Shown piece by piece: positions 37,630 through 45,267 of a stretch of DNA of 45,564 nt. The translations under genes and the position numbers were made by a program. This DNA comes from a virus. Its lineage: Duplodnaviria; Caudoviricetes. A model generated the notes under the pieces. The model made no database searches. It was not told the origin of the DNA and saw only the letters and a list, made by a program, of their open reading frames with translations. Where the stretch lies: positions 1 to 45,564 of IMG/VR virus record IMGVR_UViG_3300043748_000006; one strand, given 5' to 3'. Within the stretch, counting starts at the first letter, position 1; each line of letters opens with the position of its first letter.

Positions 37630-38110
37630 TCGGCTAGCTTACAGAGATGGGTTCCGGTTATCTCAATCGATTTAAACAGGGATCGATATCGATTGAGTAG
37701 GCTTCGGACTTAGAAGATTCACTCTTCTAAACTCCAGTCCTGAAGCTTCTCCGGCCTGTCTCCACAAGCTAGACCTCTATGGTACAAACTTGAACATTAA
37801 CCTTAAAGGAATCTTCAAGTTTGTACAGTTTTAGGGTAAGGGTGAAACCGAGGAATAGGCTACGCAAGACCCAAAGCACCGGTAACGAGACTGGCGATCT
37901 CATGCTCAAGGTCGAGGCCTCCGCCTCACCCTTACCCTGAAAGGGTACCACATGAGGATGCGTGTCAAACAGATCGGACCGTCCGGGGCTGAATTTCACC
38001 CGATGGAATCAGCCAAAGTGGAACCTGATTGGCTGATTTTCATCACATACCGGCCGTGCTGTTACACACGGTACGGATGGGCTGAACGCCAGTCAGCCCC
38101 TGGACGGTGG
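37630..38110 (+). ncRNA. Candidate large structured ncRNA (about 480 nt)
   Basis: About ten nested helices, e.g. 37634-37640/37766-37772, 37662-37671/37688-37697, 37782-37794/37814-37826, 37829-37845/37926-37942, 37978-37992/38093-38108, 38002-38016/38029-38044; wobble positions are G-U on the + strand. Confidence 0.6.
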
Positions 38111-38130
38111 GGAAGCTTCGTGAACTTTCT

Positions 38131-38328
38131 TTACTCCTCAGTTTCCTTTGCAGCAGCAACATGACAAGCGTCACTGCAAAAGTCTGAGTCGTTGAAAACA
38201 GGAAGTCCACAGAACCCACACATTTTGAAGTTGTAAAGGTCCGAGTAGAGACGGTTTAGATCCGCCTCTGACATAGAGTTTTCGTTAGAACTACTCGAAG
38301 GCTCTACGTGTTCTGCCACTAGATACAT
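38131..38328 (-). CDS. Small zinc-finger protein
   Basis: CGFC...FCSDAC; SD GAGGG. Confidence 0.65.
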   Translation of the reverse strand: MYLVAEHVEPSSSSNENSMSEADLNRLYSDLYNFKMCGFCGLPVFNDSDFCSDACHVAAAKETEE

Positions 38329-38392
38329 CTTTCCCTCGCATGCTCGATATCAACATTTGAAACTTCTTTCTGGGTCAGGGACAGGTAACCCA

Positions 38393-38437
38393 CGCGACAG
38401 GGGTAGACTGTTAGATTTCTAGTCGACCCCTGTCACG
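38393..38437 (-). terminator. Imperfect stem-loop built from two opposed motif copies
   Basis: CGCGACAGGGGTAGACT ... AGTCGACCCCTGTCACG; intergenic. Confidence 0.6.
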
Positions 38438-38441
38438 GGGA

Positions 38442-38678
38442 CTAACTGTTCAAGAACGTATTCTCGTGAGCTAGACGAACTCGACCGATCAACTTATCGA
38501 TCTCGATTACGTCGCCCATCTCACTACACACTTCTTCAATCAGCTTCACGTTTACGTTCAACTTGTTTGCTAGTTCAGAGTAACTGAGGAACTTATTTTC
38601 TCTTCTGTGCCTGTTTTGCGTATGCCATCGAATCGTCAGAGCGATGACGATCTGATCTCGAATGTTCTGCTTCGTCAT
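38442..38678 (-). CDS. Small winged-helix protein
   Basis: LSYSELANKLNVNVKLIEEVC followed by a beta-hairpin. Confidence 0.6.
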   Translation of the reverse strand: MTKQNIRDQIVIALTIRWHTQNRHRRENKFLSYSELANKLNVNVKLIEEVCSEMGDVIEIDKLIGRVRLAHENTFLNS

Positions 38679-38872
38679 CTAGGACAGCACTGCCAACCAT
38701 GACGATTGTGGAATTCAATATCGAATTCCTTGTTCTTACCACGTGGCGGATGACTCTGCGCCCAGCAATGTGTATTGTCAAACTCAACACAGAAGAAGTT
38801 TCCGTTATACACGATCTGATGTCCGTTAGGACACTTCTCGCCTTCGAGCAGCTTTCCAAGGTTTTCGTACAT
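38675..38872 (-). CDS. Small Cys/His-rich hypothetical protein
   Basis: Coupled ORF; CPNGH, FFC, HCW. Confidence 0.6.
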   Translation of the reverse strand: MYENLGKLLEGEKCPNGHQIVYNGNFFCVEFDNTHCWAQSHPPRGKNKEFDIEFHNRHGWQCCPR

Positions 38873-40866
38873 TACATGATGCTCCCGTCACGAAGAGCAG
38901 CCATAAGCGACTCAGCCACGTTGATATCTTCTTCAACGCCACCAATCATCTGTTCCTTGTGATCGATGATGTTTTCGAGCCATCCCGTAATCGTGTTCTC
39001 AACGTTAATCGTGTGAACGACCGTGTTATGCTTCGAGTTGAGTCGACGAATACGAGCCATCGCCTGGTTACGAGTAGCGGGATTCCATGGCAGATCAATC
39101 ATAACCATCTGACGTGCAAGGTCGAGGTTAAGACCGACGCCACCAACCTTGAAGTGACAGAGAACAACCTGCCACGTGTAACCGCCTCGGTTGTTATCAA
39201 CATCGAACGGCTTAAGCATCTCGGGATTAGCCTCAGCAGACTTCGAATCGAAATCAACTGCAATCATATCCCGAACATTAGACGGAGTATCGCCATCCAT
39301 GCGGATACAGGAAATCCCCTGTCGCGTAAGACGATCCTCCATCTCCTTAAGGACTTCCTTGAATTGAGAGAACATGACTACGCGATCACCTTCCGCGATA
39401 GCCTGAACTCCAAGTTCTTCGGCCTTATCCATGATGATGGATTCTTCGACGGTGCACTGATACAGAACAGCCTTCGTCTCAGGATCACGAACCTTGATAC
39501 CGGCGGGCCACGTAACCGCCTGACGAAGTCGAGTGTACATCGCGATAACAGCCGCAATATTAAGTTCAGTATCACCAGACATCAGATCAAGAGACATGTT
39601 CCTGATCTGCTCCATTGCCTGACGCTGTTCCTGATAGATGTTTCCCTCGAACTCAAGATGATGACGAATCATCACCTGTTCCGGCATCGTAACACCTGCC
39701 GACTCAGTGTTTCGCTTAACGATTCGAGTTCCCATCTGGGCAATCAGACGCTTCTCACCACCGTAGTTAAACGTCCACTTTCCATCCGCCGTCTGTCGGC
39801 AGTAGTCACCGAGATACTTAGTCAGGCTTCCGAAGTTTACGTTGTCGAGAAGGTGAAGTTGAGAGAACATGTCCTGAGGCTTATTGACGAACGACGTAGC
39901 CGTAATCGTCAGAACGTTCTGCACAGAACAGAAATCGTTGAAGTTCTCAGGTTCCTTGAAGCAAACGGAGCATCGCATGGTTCGCTTACCTGACAGAGGA
40001 TTCGCAACAACAACCTCCGGGAAGCTTCCACATGCGGAACACTTGTTGGCAGCGTAAACCAACTTCTTCACACCGAGGAAAGACTTGGTGTCGACCTCAC
40101 GCATGATGTGCGCTTCATCGCAGATTACCGTATCCACCTGCATGTTGATGAAGGCATCAACGTAATTCTCATCCTTACGCCAGGCTTCATAGTTGACGAG
40201 AAGAACAAACTCATCAACCGTTGCCATCATGCGGAAGAACTGATCACGCACAATCTTCGACATACCCTGAACAACCTGCGTCGTACGGTGTGGTGCCCAA
40301 CGCTTAATCTCACGCTCGAAATTCTTGAGAACATCCTTCGGAGCGACGACGATAATCTTCTTGGCCTCAACCATATCCATGTAGATGATGGACGTAGCAG
40401 TCTTACCAAGACCAGTCTGGTCACCGAGAATTGCACGCTTAGCAACAGCAAGACGTTCCGCACCAAAAATCTGGTGATCGTAAGCGTGTTCACGCCACGG
40501 AGCGTTGAGAGTCTTTTCGTGAATGGACTTACGCTCAGCGTCCATTCGATCGCGAATCGCCTTCTCAGACATAAAAGTCTTAAGACGACGCTCAGCGTCA
40601 GCACGTTCCTGCTCAGACTCACGAGCGGCTCGACGGATAGAAGTCTGCTTAGCCTGAAGTTCAGCCTTCTTCTTCTTGATCTCATTCATCTTCTCAAGAA
40701 GCTTGGCCTCTTCAGAAGTAAGCTCCTCCATCGAACCATAGATGTTCTCATTGAGCTTGATGGAGTCCTGAATCGCTTCATTGTGCTTTTCTACTTCAGC
40801 CTTGAGCTGAGCTTCGAGTTCATCATCGTTAGGGTCTTCAAGGTTAACGAACGGGTCATCAGTCAT
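38872..40866 (-). CDS. SNF2-family (SF2) helicase with N-terminal coiled coil
   Basis: DQTGLGKT, ICDEAH, TAT, FSQF, GGVGLNL, PWNP....QA.ARI.R. Confidence 0.92.
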   Translation of the reverse strand: MTDDPFVNLEDPNDDELEAQLKAEVEKHNEAIQDSIKLNENIYGSMEELTSEEAKLLEKMNEIKKKKAELQAKQTSIRRAARESEQERADAERRLKTFMSEKAIRDRMDAERKSIHEKTLNAPWREHAYDHQIFGAERLAVAKRAILGDQTGLGKTATSIIYMDMVEAKKIIVVAPKDVLKNFEREIKRWAPHRTTQVVQGMSKIVRDQFFRMMATVDEFVLLVNYEAWRKDENYVDAFINMQVDTVICDEAHIMREVDTKSFLGVKKLVYAANKCSACGSFPEVVVANPLSGKRTMRCSVCFKEPENFNDFCSVQNVLTITATSFVNKPQDMFSQLHLLDNVNFGSLTKYLGDYCRQTADGKWTFNYGGEKRLIAQMGTRIVKRNTESAGVTMPEQVMIRHHLEFEGNIYQEQRQAMEQIRNMSLDLMSGDTELNIAAVIAMYTRLRQAVTWPAGIKVRDPETKAVLYQCTVEESIIMDKAEELGVQAIAEGDRVVMFSQFKEVLKEMEDRLTRQGISCIRMDGDTPSNVRDMIAVDFDSKSAEANPEMLKPFDVDNNRGGYTWQVVLCHFKVGGVGLNLDLARQMVMIDLPWNPATRNQAMARIRRLNSKHNTVVHTINVENTITGWLENIIDHKEQMIGGVEEDINVAESLMAALRDGSIM

Positions 40867-40901
40867 TTCAGTTTCCCTCCCAAGTTTGATGTGACTAAGG
40901 A

Positions 40902-40938
40902 CCTAGTCGGAGTTGTAGTCTAGTCAACTCCGACTAGG
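40902..40938 (-). terminator. Intergenic stem-loop
   Basis: 14-bp perfect stem CCTAGTCGGAGTTG/CAACTCCGACTAGG. Confidence 0.7.
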
Positions 40939-40945
40939 AGTTTAG

Positions 40946-41119
40946 TTACACCAACTCGAACTTATTGATTCGAATGGTGTAGTTCGGTTCTCCGGGAATC
41001 CACGGACCAGCCGTGTAACCCTTCGACTCAAAGTAAGACTTCGTTTCGGCGTAACTCTTTCCGTCGACCTTCTTACGGAAACAGAAGCCCATCGGAGTAC
41101 GTGCGATGAAGTATCCCAT
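40946..41119 (-). CDS. Small hypothetical protein (57 aa, not in the ORF track)
   Basis: SD AGGAG; MGYFIARTPMGFCFRKKVDGKSYAETKSYFESKGYTAGPWIPGEPNYTIRINKFELV. Confidence 0.65.
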   Translation of the reverse strand: MGYFIARTPMGFCFRKKVDGKSYAETKSYFESKGYTAGPWIPGEPNYTIRINKFELV

Positions 41120-41135
41120 ACTAGTTGCCTATCTC

Positions 41136-41333
41136 CTAGTTGGATTCTTCGAGCCACACGAGAGCTTCGCCACACTTAACATGGATGCCATCCATGAAAG
41201 CTGCCCAAACCTTGGGGGAGAAGCTGAAGTTGTACGTGGTTTCGACCACTGCGACGACATCAGTCATGGTGTCGCAGTCGAACGAGAGAGTGCCAGTCTC
41301 ACGCTCAGATTCCACGAAATTCACGGTCAGCAT
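41136..41333 (-). CDS. Hypothetical protein
   Basis: SD AAGGA; 65 aa. Confidence 0.65.
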   Translation of the reverse strand: MLTVNFVESERETGTLSFDCDTMTDVVAVVETTYNFSFSPKVWAAFMDGIHVKCGEALVWLEESN

Positions 41334-41390
41334 AAGGGTTACCGTCCTTATTTGCTGTTGTGGTTGGATGCACTCTATTGAGTTATTGTA

Positions 41391-41612
41391 CTACGGAAGG
41401 TCCAAGATTTCACTATGTCTCTTGTAACCTTGTTCAATCTCTTCGTTGAGTTCGTCTAGTTCTTTTGATAGAACTGCTATCTCATCAACCAAACGTTTTC
41501 GTCTATCAAAGAGAAAGTCTGTTAGCTGTTGGTGCTCAAGGATCAACTGTTGTGTTTCAGGAGTGTACTCGTCGAACTTTCTAAGATCCATCTTTCTTTT
41601 CCCAGACGCCAC
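41391..41612 (-). CDS. Hypothetical coiled-coil protein
   Basis: LVDEIAVLSKELDELNEEIEQ. Confidence 0.6.
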   Translation of the reverse strand: MASGKRKMDLRKFDEYTPETQQLILEHQQLTDFLFDRRKRLVDEIAVLSKELDELNEEIEQGYKRHSEILDLP

Positions 41613-41631
41613 CGCTGAATGCGGCTTACAA

Positions 41632-41668
41632 CCGGCTCGACCAGTACGCAGTTTTCCAGTCGAGCCGG
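41632..41668 (-). terminator. Intergenic stem-loop
   Basis: CCGGCTCGAC/GTCGAGCCGG. Confidence 0.55.
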
Positions 41669-41681
41669 AAGTAAGTCACAC

Positions 41682-41930
41682 TTAACGCATGCGCTTCTTC
41701 AAATCTCTCACATGGTCAATGATCCACCACTTAATCATGATGAGCGTATCAACCGGCCAGAAGATTCCGAGAGTCACACAGAATGACTTGTACGTCATGT
41801 ACTTCGACAACTGACTACGGTCAAAAACCTTCTTCGACTTCTCATCTTTCATCTCTCGGAAATAGACAGCCATTCCGAGACAGGCGTAGATGAAGATTAA
41901 GAGTAGGGCAATGACTACGTCGCTCTGCAT
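41682..41930 (-). CDS. Small membrane protein
   Basis: Two hydrophobic segments, with a FWP motif. Confidence 0.7.
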   Translation of the reverse strand: MQSDVVIALLLIFIYACLGMAVYFREMKDEKSKKVFDRSQLSKYMTYKSFCVTLGIFWPVDTLIMIKWWIIDHVRDLKKRMR

Positions 41931-42175
41931 CAGCTGAGCCAGTAACCCGCCTCGGAAGAGTTCAGCGACCAGTCTTCCGGCATAACCTCTTCATACGTCT
42001 TCATGAAGTCAATAACCGGCTGCTGAACGTCACACTCCCTAAGAATGTTTGCGATGTCCGCAGCATCCATCTTGTAGTAGACATCCTCATCAGGCTCAGC
42101 CTCTGCCAGGTTCAGGCCAAGCATAATGCTTACGTGCATGAAGGCTTCGATGTCGTTGTTGTAGAAGTCAGACAT
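41930..42175 (-). CDS. Acidic hypothetical protein
   Basis: SD AAGGAG; 81 aa. Confidence 0.7.
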   Translation of the reverse strand: MSDFYNNDIEAFMHVSIMLGLNLAEAEPDEDVYYKMDAADIANILRECDVQQPVIDFMKTYEEVMPEDWSLNSSEAGYWLS

Positions 42176-42189
42176 TTCATTTCTCCTTG

Positions 42190-42672
42190 TTAGATGCTGC
42201 CGTGGAAACCATGTGCGGAAAACTTATCCGCGACAGGGGTAGTAGTCTTAGGTTCGACCAGGATACGACCGCCGAACTCTTCGAACTTGAACATAGCCAA
42301 CTTGGCGTCAACTTCGTGAGGTCCGTCGTACATCAGATCAGGTTCACCTTCATATGAAAGGTAGAACATGAACATCTGTGAACGTACTTCAATGTCTGTC
42401 CTGAATACATCAGGCGGATCGAGACGTTCAACAACACATGCTCCGCCACGTTGAAGATTAGCGAGAGCATCATTCATCTGGCTCGATCGGATCTCAGGAA
42501 TGATCGCACGCATGAGACGAATAGCTAGAACAAAAGGTCGACCCGTCTTAACAGTCGTACCCTTGTTGGCGTTGAGATTAGTAACCGTCAACGTCACCAA
42601 GTCATTCGACAAATCGAACTTCTTACTGAGAGTCGGTGGCAAATCCCATGACGACGAATTAGGTTCGGTCAT
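42190..42672 (-). CDS. Hypothetical protein
   Basis: Likely start ATG 42672 (MTEPNSS), which minimises overlap with the upstream ORF. Confidence 0.65.
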   Translation of the reverse strand: MTEPNSSSWDLPPTLSKKFDLSNDLVTLTVTNLNANKGTTVKTGRPFVLAIRLMRAIIPEIRSSQMNDALANLQRGGACVVERLDPPDVFRTDIEVRSQMFMFYLSYEGEPDLMYDGPHEVDAKLAMFKFEEFGGRILVEPKTTTPVADKFSAHGFHGSI

Positions 42673-42823
42673 AAACAATACCGTACCCCATGAAGACCAT
42701 GGCCGGATACTCGTAACCATCAGGCGCATACTTCACACCTGCGAAGTTACGACGACCCTTAATCGTTCCGCGTCGGAGGCGAAGAACGAAGTAGTTACGT
42801 CGTCGATTAGCCCTTGGCGTCAA
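42659..42823 (-). CDS. Small Arg-rich hypothetical protein (54 aa, not in the ORF track)
   Basis: GGAG upstream of TTG; TPRANRRRNYFVLRLRRGTIKGRRNFAGVKYAPDGYEYPAMVFMGYGIVYDRT fills the gap. Confidence 0.5.
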   Translation of the reverse strand: MTPRANRRRNYFVLRLRRGTIKGRRNFAGVKYAPDGYEYPAMVFMGYGIVYDRT

Positions 42824-43013
42824 GACGATCCAACTCCCTAGTCATCACATTCATGATGTGCAACAGATCCTGACATGCGGGACATGTAGCTTCGTGACAG
42901 TCGTCACAAGTGATGGAGATAAACTTGTTCTCCATGTCCAACAGGAATTCTCGGAATTGATTCCTCGCGACAGGGGAGTAGCTATCGAGTCGCATCAACT
43001 CGTTAATCATCAT
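42807..43013 (-). CDS. Small zinc-binding hypothetical protein
   Basis: CDDCHEATCPAC. Confidence 0.65.
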   Translation of the reverse strand: MMINELMRLDSYSPVARNQFREFLLDMENKFISITCDDCHEATCPACQDLLHIMNVMTRELDRLDAKG

Positions 43014-43138
43014 TCGTCGTCATCCTCAGGTCCGTCATAGTAATCCGGCGCACCATCATCGGGCTCGAAGTAGTCTTCACCCCTGTCGCGCTCAAGGTAA
43101 TCGATGATGGGTTGTTCTTCATTGAACGGATTAGACAT
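43010..43138 (-). CDS. Very acidic micro-protein (42 aa, not in the ORF track)
   Basis: MSNPFNEEQPIIDYLERDRGEDYFEPDDGAPDYYDGPEDDDE; SD AAGGAG; coupled at both ends. Confidence 0.65.
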   Translation of the reverse strand: MSNPFNEEQPIIDYLERDRGEDYFEPDDGAPDYYDGPEDDDE

Positions 43139-43370
43139 CATTCGTCATCTCCTTAATGGTCTTCGTAATTAGTGTTGAATGAAGCTTCTTCCAATCTCGG
43201 ATCAAACGATATACATAAGATTCCGTGAGTTGTAGATCACGTGCAATCTGAACCGGCTTAGTTCCTCGTTCAAATTCTCGAACAATGATTCCTGGAAGCT
43301 GCTCTTCAAGTTGAATTACCGATGGCCGAAGCATAACGGCTTCCTTATAGGAATAAGGAATGTCAGCCAT
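43131..43370 (-). CDS. Small HTH protein
   Basis: GTKPVQIARDLQLTESYVYRLI. Confidence 0.7.
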   Translation of the reverse strand: MADIPYSYKEAVMLRPSVIQLEEQLPGIIVREFERGTKPVQIARDLQLTESYVYRLIRDWKKLHSTLITKTIKEMTNDV

Positions 43371-43638
43371 TGTTTCCCCTGTCGCGATTGATAAGCTTGT
43401 CGGCCTTTTCGAGAACGCTTTGCGGAATCACCAGGTCCTCATCCTTACCCGGTGCTTCTTCAACAGAGTATTTACGTTCGTCGTGTCGTCCTCGCTGAAG
43501 TTGCTTACAAAGACGCTCGGCGTGTTCGAGACTCTGCGTCATGGTCGGTCGACCCATCTTACGTCCGTCCGGGAATTCAGCGATACCTTCGACGTGACGC
43601 TTACCATAGTTGTCGACGTAGACAACGATGTAACCCAT
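43363..43638 (-). CDS. Hypothetical protein
   Basis: SD GGGAGGG; 91 aa. Confidence 0.7.
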   Translation of the reverse strand: MGYIVVYVDNYGKRHVEGIAEFPDGRKMGRPTMTQSLEHAERLCKQLQRGRHDERKYSVEEAPGKDEDLVIPQSVLEKADKLINRDRGNNG

Positions 43639-43667
43639 TTTCCCTCCCTAGAAATTAGTCTTGCATT

Positions 43668-43705
43668 GGCGAACTCGGATGCATAAATTTCCAGCCGAGT
43701 TCGCC
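43668..43705 (-). terminator. Intergenic stem-loop
   Basis: GGCGAACTCGG/CCGAGTTCGCC. Confidence 0.55.
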
Positions 43706-43721
43706 CAAACGAGACTACTTA

Positions 43722-44033
43722 CTAGAAGTCACCACAACCACAACGAGCATTCTCGTTCGTGCAATCGGGGTGGCACTTACCGCATGGACCATCATTGTCA
43801 TGAGCACATGCCGGATGGTCGGACTGATCAATAAGCGACTTCGAGTTAAGCGGCTTATCAATCTTGGGACGTTGTACGTATTCGAGAACATGCTTCGCTG
43901 TCTTGCTACCATCTTCGTAACCGTTGTGGTAATTCTGTGAATCCATCTTCTCGATCTCGATCGGATTACCTACGAAGCCATCGTAGAATCCAACCTTATA
44001 AACGACGTTGCTCTTGTCCTGCTCAACCATCAT
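43722..44033 (-). CDS. Hypothetical protein with a Cys-rich C-terminus
   Basis: Y..G..DG repeats; CAH...CGKCHPDC....CGC. Confidence 0.65.
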   Translation of the reverse strand: MMVEQDKSNVVYKVGFYDGFVGNPIEIEKMDSQNYHNGYEDGSKTAKHVLEYVQRPKIDKPLNSKSLIDQSDHPACAHDNDGPCGKCHPDCTNENARCGCGDF

Positions 44034-44246
44034 TTACTCCGCGACAGGGGTAATGTATTCACGTAGTACATCGAGCGTCTTTGTTACGTCATGCATCATG
44101 ATGTTGTATGAGTTGCCCACAGCACAGATTTGATTTGGCTTACTGCACTGTGGGCAGATCTTCTTGTGTTCGTTTCTTGCTTCTTCGAGAATGATGTCAG
44201 ACATCAACAAGTATTCTCGAAGTTGTTCGTACTTACTTTGTTGCAC
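44034..44246 (-). CDS. Small Zn-binding hypothetical protein
   Basis: H...CPQC.....C.VG. Confidence 0.65.
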   Translation of the reverse strand: MQQSKYEQLREYLLMSDIILEEARNEHKKICPQCSKPNQICAVGNSYNIMMHDVTKTLDVLREYITPVAE

Positions 44247-44436
44247 TGTGAGCCTTGACGAAAGCCTTCGCGTGATTGTTCAGCGAGTCCAACATGGCAG
44301 ACACGTCAGCCTTACTGGCTCGAACGTTTCGCATCAATTCAATCGACCGTGCCATCTGACGAATCGTGTCCTGCATACCGGCCGGAAGCTTCATGAACTC
44401 CGACATCTCGGTTTCGGAAAGCTTAGGTGTCATCAC
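44233..44436 (-). CDS. Hypothetical helical protein
   Basis: 67 aa coupled ORF. Confidence 0.65.
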   Translation of the reverse strand: MMTPKLSETEMSEFMKLPAGMQDTIRQMARSIELMRNVRASKADVSAMLDSLNNHAKAFVKAHSATK

Positions 44437-44546
44437 TTACTCCAATCCTCGAACGTACGAAGTGCGAACCTGGCTCGATCGTATCGACTGTGAAGTCTGA
44501 AGCCGATATCAACCACTAAGACTGTGACGAGTGTTGCGAGAAACAT
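44433..44546 (-). CDS. Micro-protein with a hydrophobic N-terminus (37 aa)
   Basis: SD GGAG fused to the 11-mer; MFLATLVTVLVVDIGFRLHSRYDRARFALRTFEDWSK. Confidence 0.5.
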   Translation of the reverse strand: MFLATLVTVLVVDIGFRLHSRYDRARFALRTFEDWSK

Positions 44547-44566
44547 GATTCACTCCGCGACAGGGG

Positions 44567-44740
44567 TTAGCCATAGATGAGAAATGGACCGAGCTCGTTG
44601 TTTACCCATGCGTAGATGTCACCGGTGTCATCGATGTAACACCACTGCGTGACATCTTCGTACGTGTACTCAACGACGTTGTAGTGAAAGAACTCAATGA
44701 CATGAGTCGGAAGATTACTTACATCTTGCATCTGTCCCAT
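44567..44740 (-). CDS. Small acidic hypothetical protein (57 aa)
   Basis: ATG 44740 just after the upstream stop; C-terminal part of track ORF 44567-44875. Confidence 0.6.
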   Translation of the reverse strand: MGQMQDVSNLPTHVIEFFHYNVVEYTYEDVTQWCYIDDTGDIYAWVNNELGPFLIYG

Positions 44741-44741
44741 G

Positions 44742-44900
44742 TCACGAGTCCTGACTACGCCACGCGTCAATGTCTGATTGCGTTTCACGATCAACCGGCT
44801 CGTTCTTGCATCGGCCTTCACAGATTTCCACGCGCAGCTCATAAGCCGTTTCGAGTTCGGCACCGCACGCGGCACACTTCTTAACGTTCTCGTCAGTCAT
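44742..44900 (-). CDS. Small zinc-finger protein (52 aa, not in the ORF track)
   Basis: MTDENVKKCAACGAELETAYELRVEICEGRCKNEPVDRETQSDIDAWRSQDS. Confidence 0.6.
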   Translation of the reverse strand: MTDENVKKCAACGAELETAYELRVEICEGRCKNEPVDRETQSDIDAWRSQDS

Positions 44901-45074
44901 TTAGTTTCCGATCACGAGTCGCTTGAATTCCAGGTTGGACTTCTTACGCATGCGCTTCATCTGCTTCGGAGTGAAGTACTCCGTACCGACTACTCGATTA
45001 GTCGTCTTGGTCATCCACTTGAACTCGGTGTTGTTCTGTCGAAGGTAGTTGTCGAATCGAGTAGCGGGCGCCAT
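44901..45074 (-). CDS. Small basic protein (57 aa), paralog of 1143-1307
   Basis: SD AAGGAG; MAPATRFDNYLRQNNTEFKWMTKTTNRVVGTEYFTPKQMKRMRKKSNLEFKRLVIGN. Confidence 0.75.
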   Translation of the reverse strand: MAPATRFDNYLRQNNTEFKWMTKTTNRVVGTEYFTPKQMKRMRKKSNLEFKRLVIGN

Positions 45075-45084
45075 TTGTTTCTCC

Positions 45085-45267
45085 TTAGTCGGGAACTTTC
45101 CAGTACTTACACTTCTCGCACCACTTGGGCTTTACCGTTCCGTCATCTGTCTCGTAAAGAAACGGAACGTCTGCCTCATCTTCCTTTCTTACCTGAGACC
45201 AACATATACATTCGTCAACTCGCGGGTCATCCTGACAATAAAAACAGATGACACTAATCAGCGTCAC
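45085..45267 (-). CDS. Small Cys-rich hypothetical protein
   Basis: CFYC, CIC, CEKC; SD GGAGG fused to the 11-mer. Confidence 0.6.
   Translation of the reverse strand: MTLISVICFYCQDDPRVDECICWSQVRKEDEADVPFLYETDDGTVKPKWCEKCKYWKVPD

Noticed and set aside
37583-38130. tRNA cluster, or ORFs 37769-37999 (-) and 37952-38164 (+)
   Set aside because: No cloverleaf with a T-loop GTTC consensus and helices too long for tRNA; the ORFs lack coding character and coincide with paired regions
40942-41175. Track ORF of 77 aa on the minus strand
   Set aside because: A different frame (40946-41119) has a clear SD and protein-like sequence and does not overlap the upstream gene
44567-44875. Track ORF of 102 aa as a single gene
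   Set aside because: Better explained as two adjacent genes, 44742-44900 and 44567-44740
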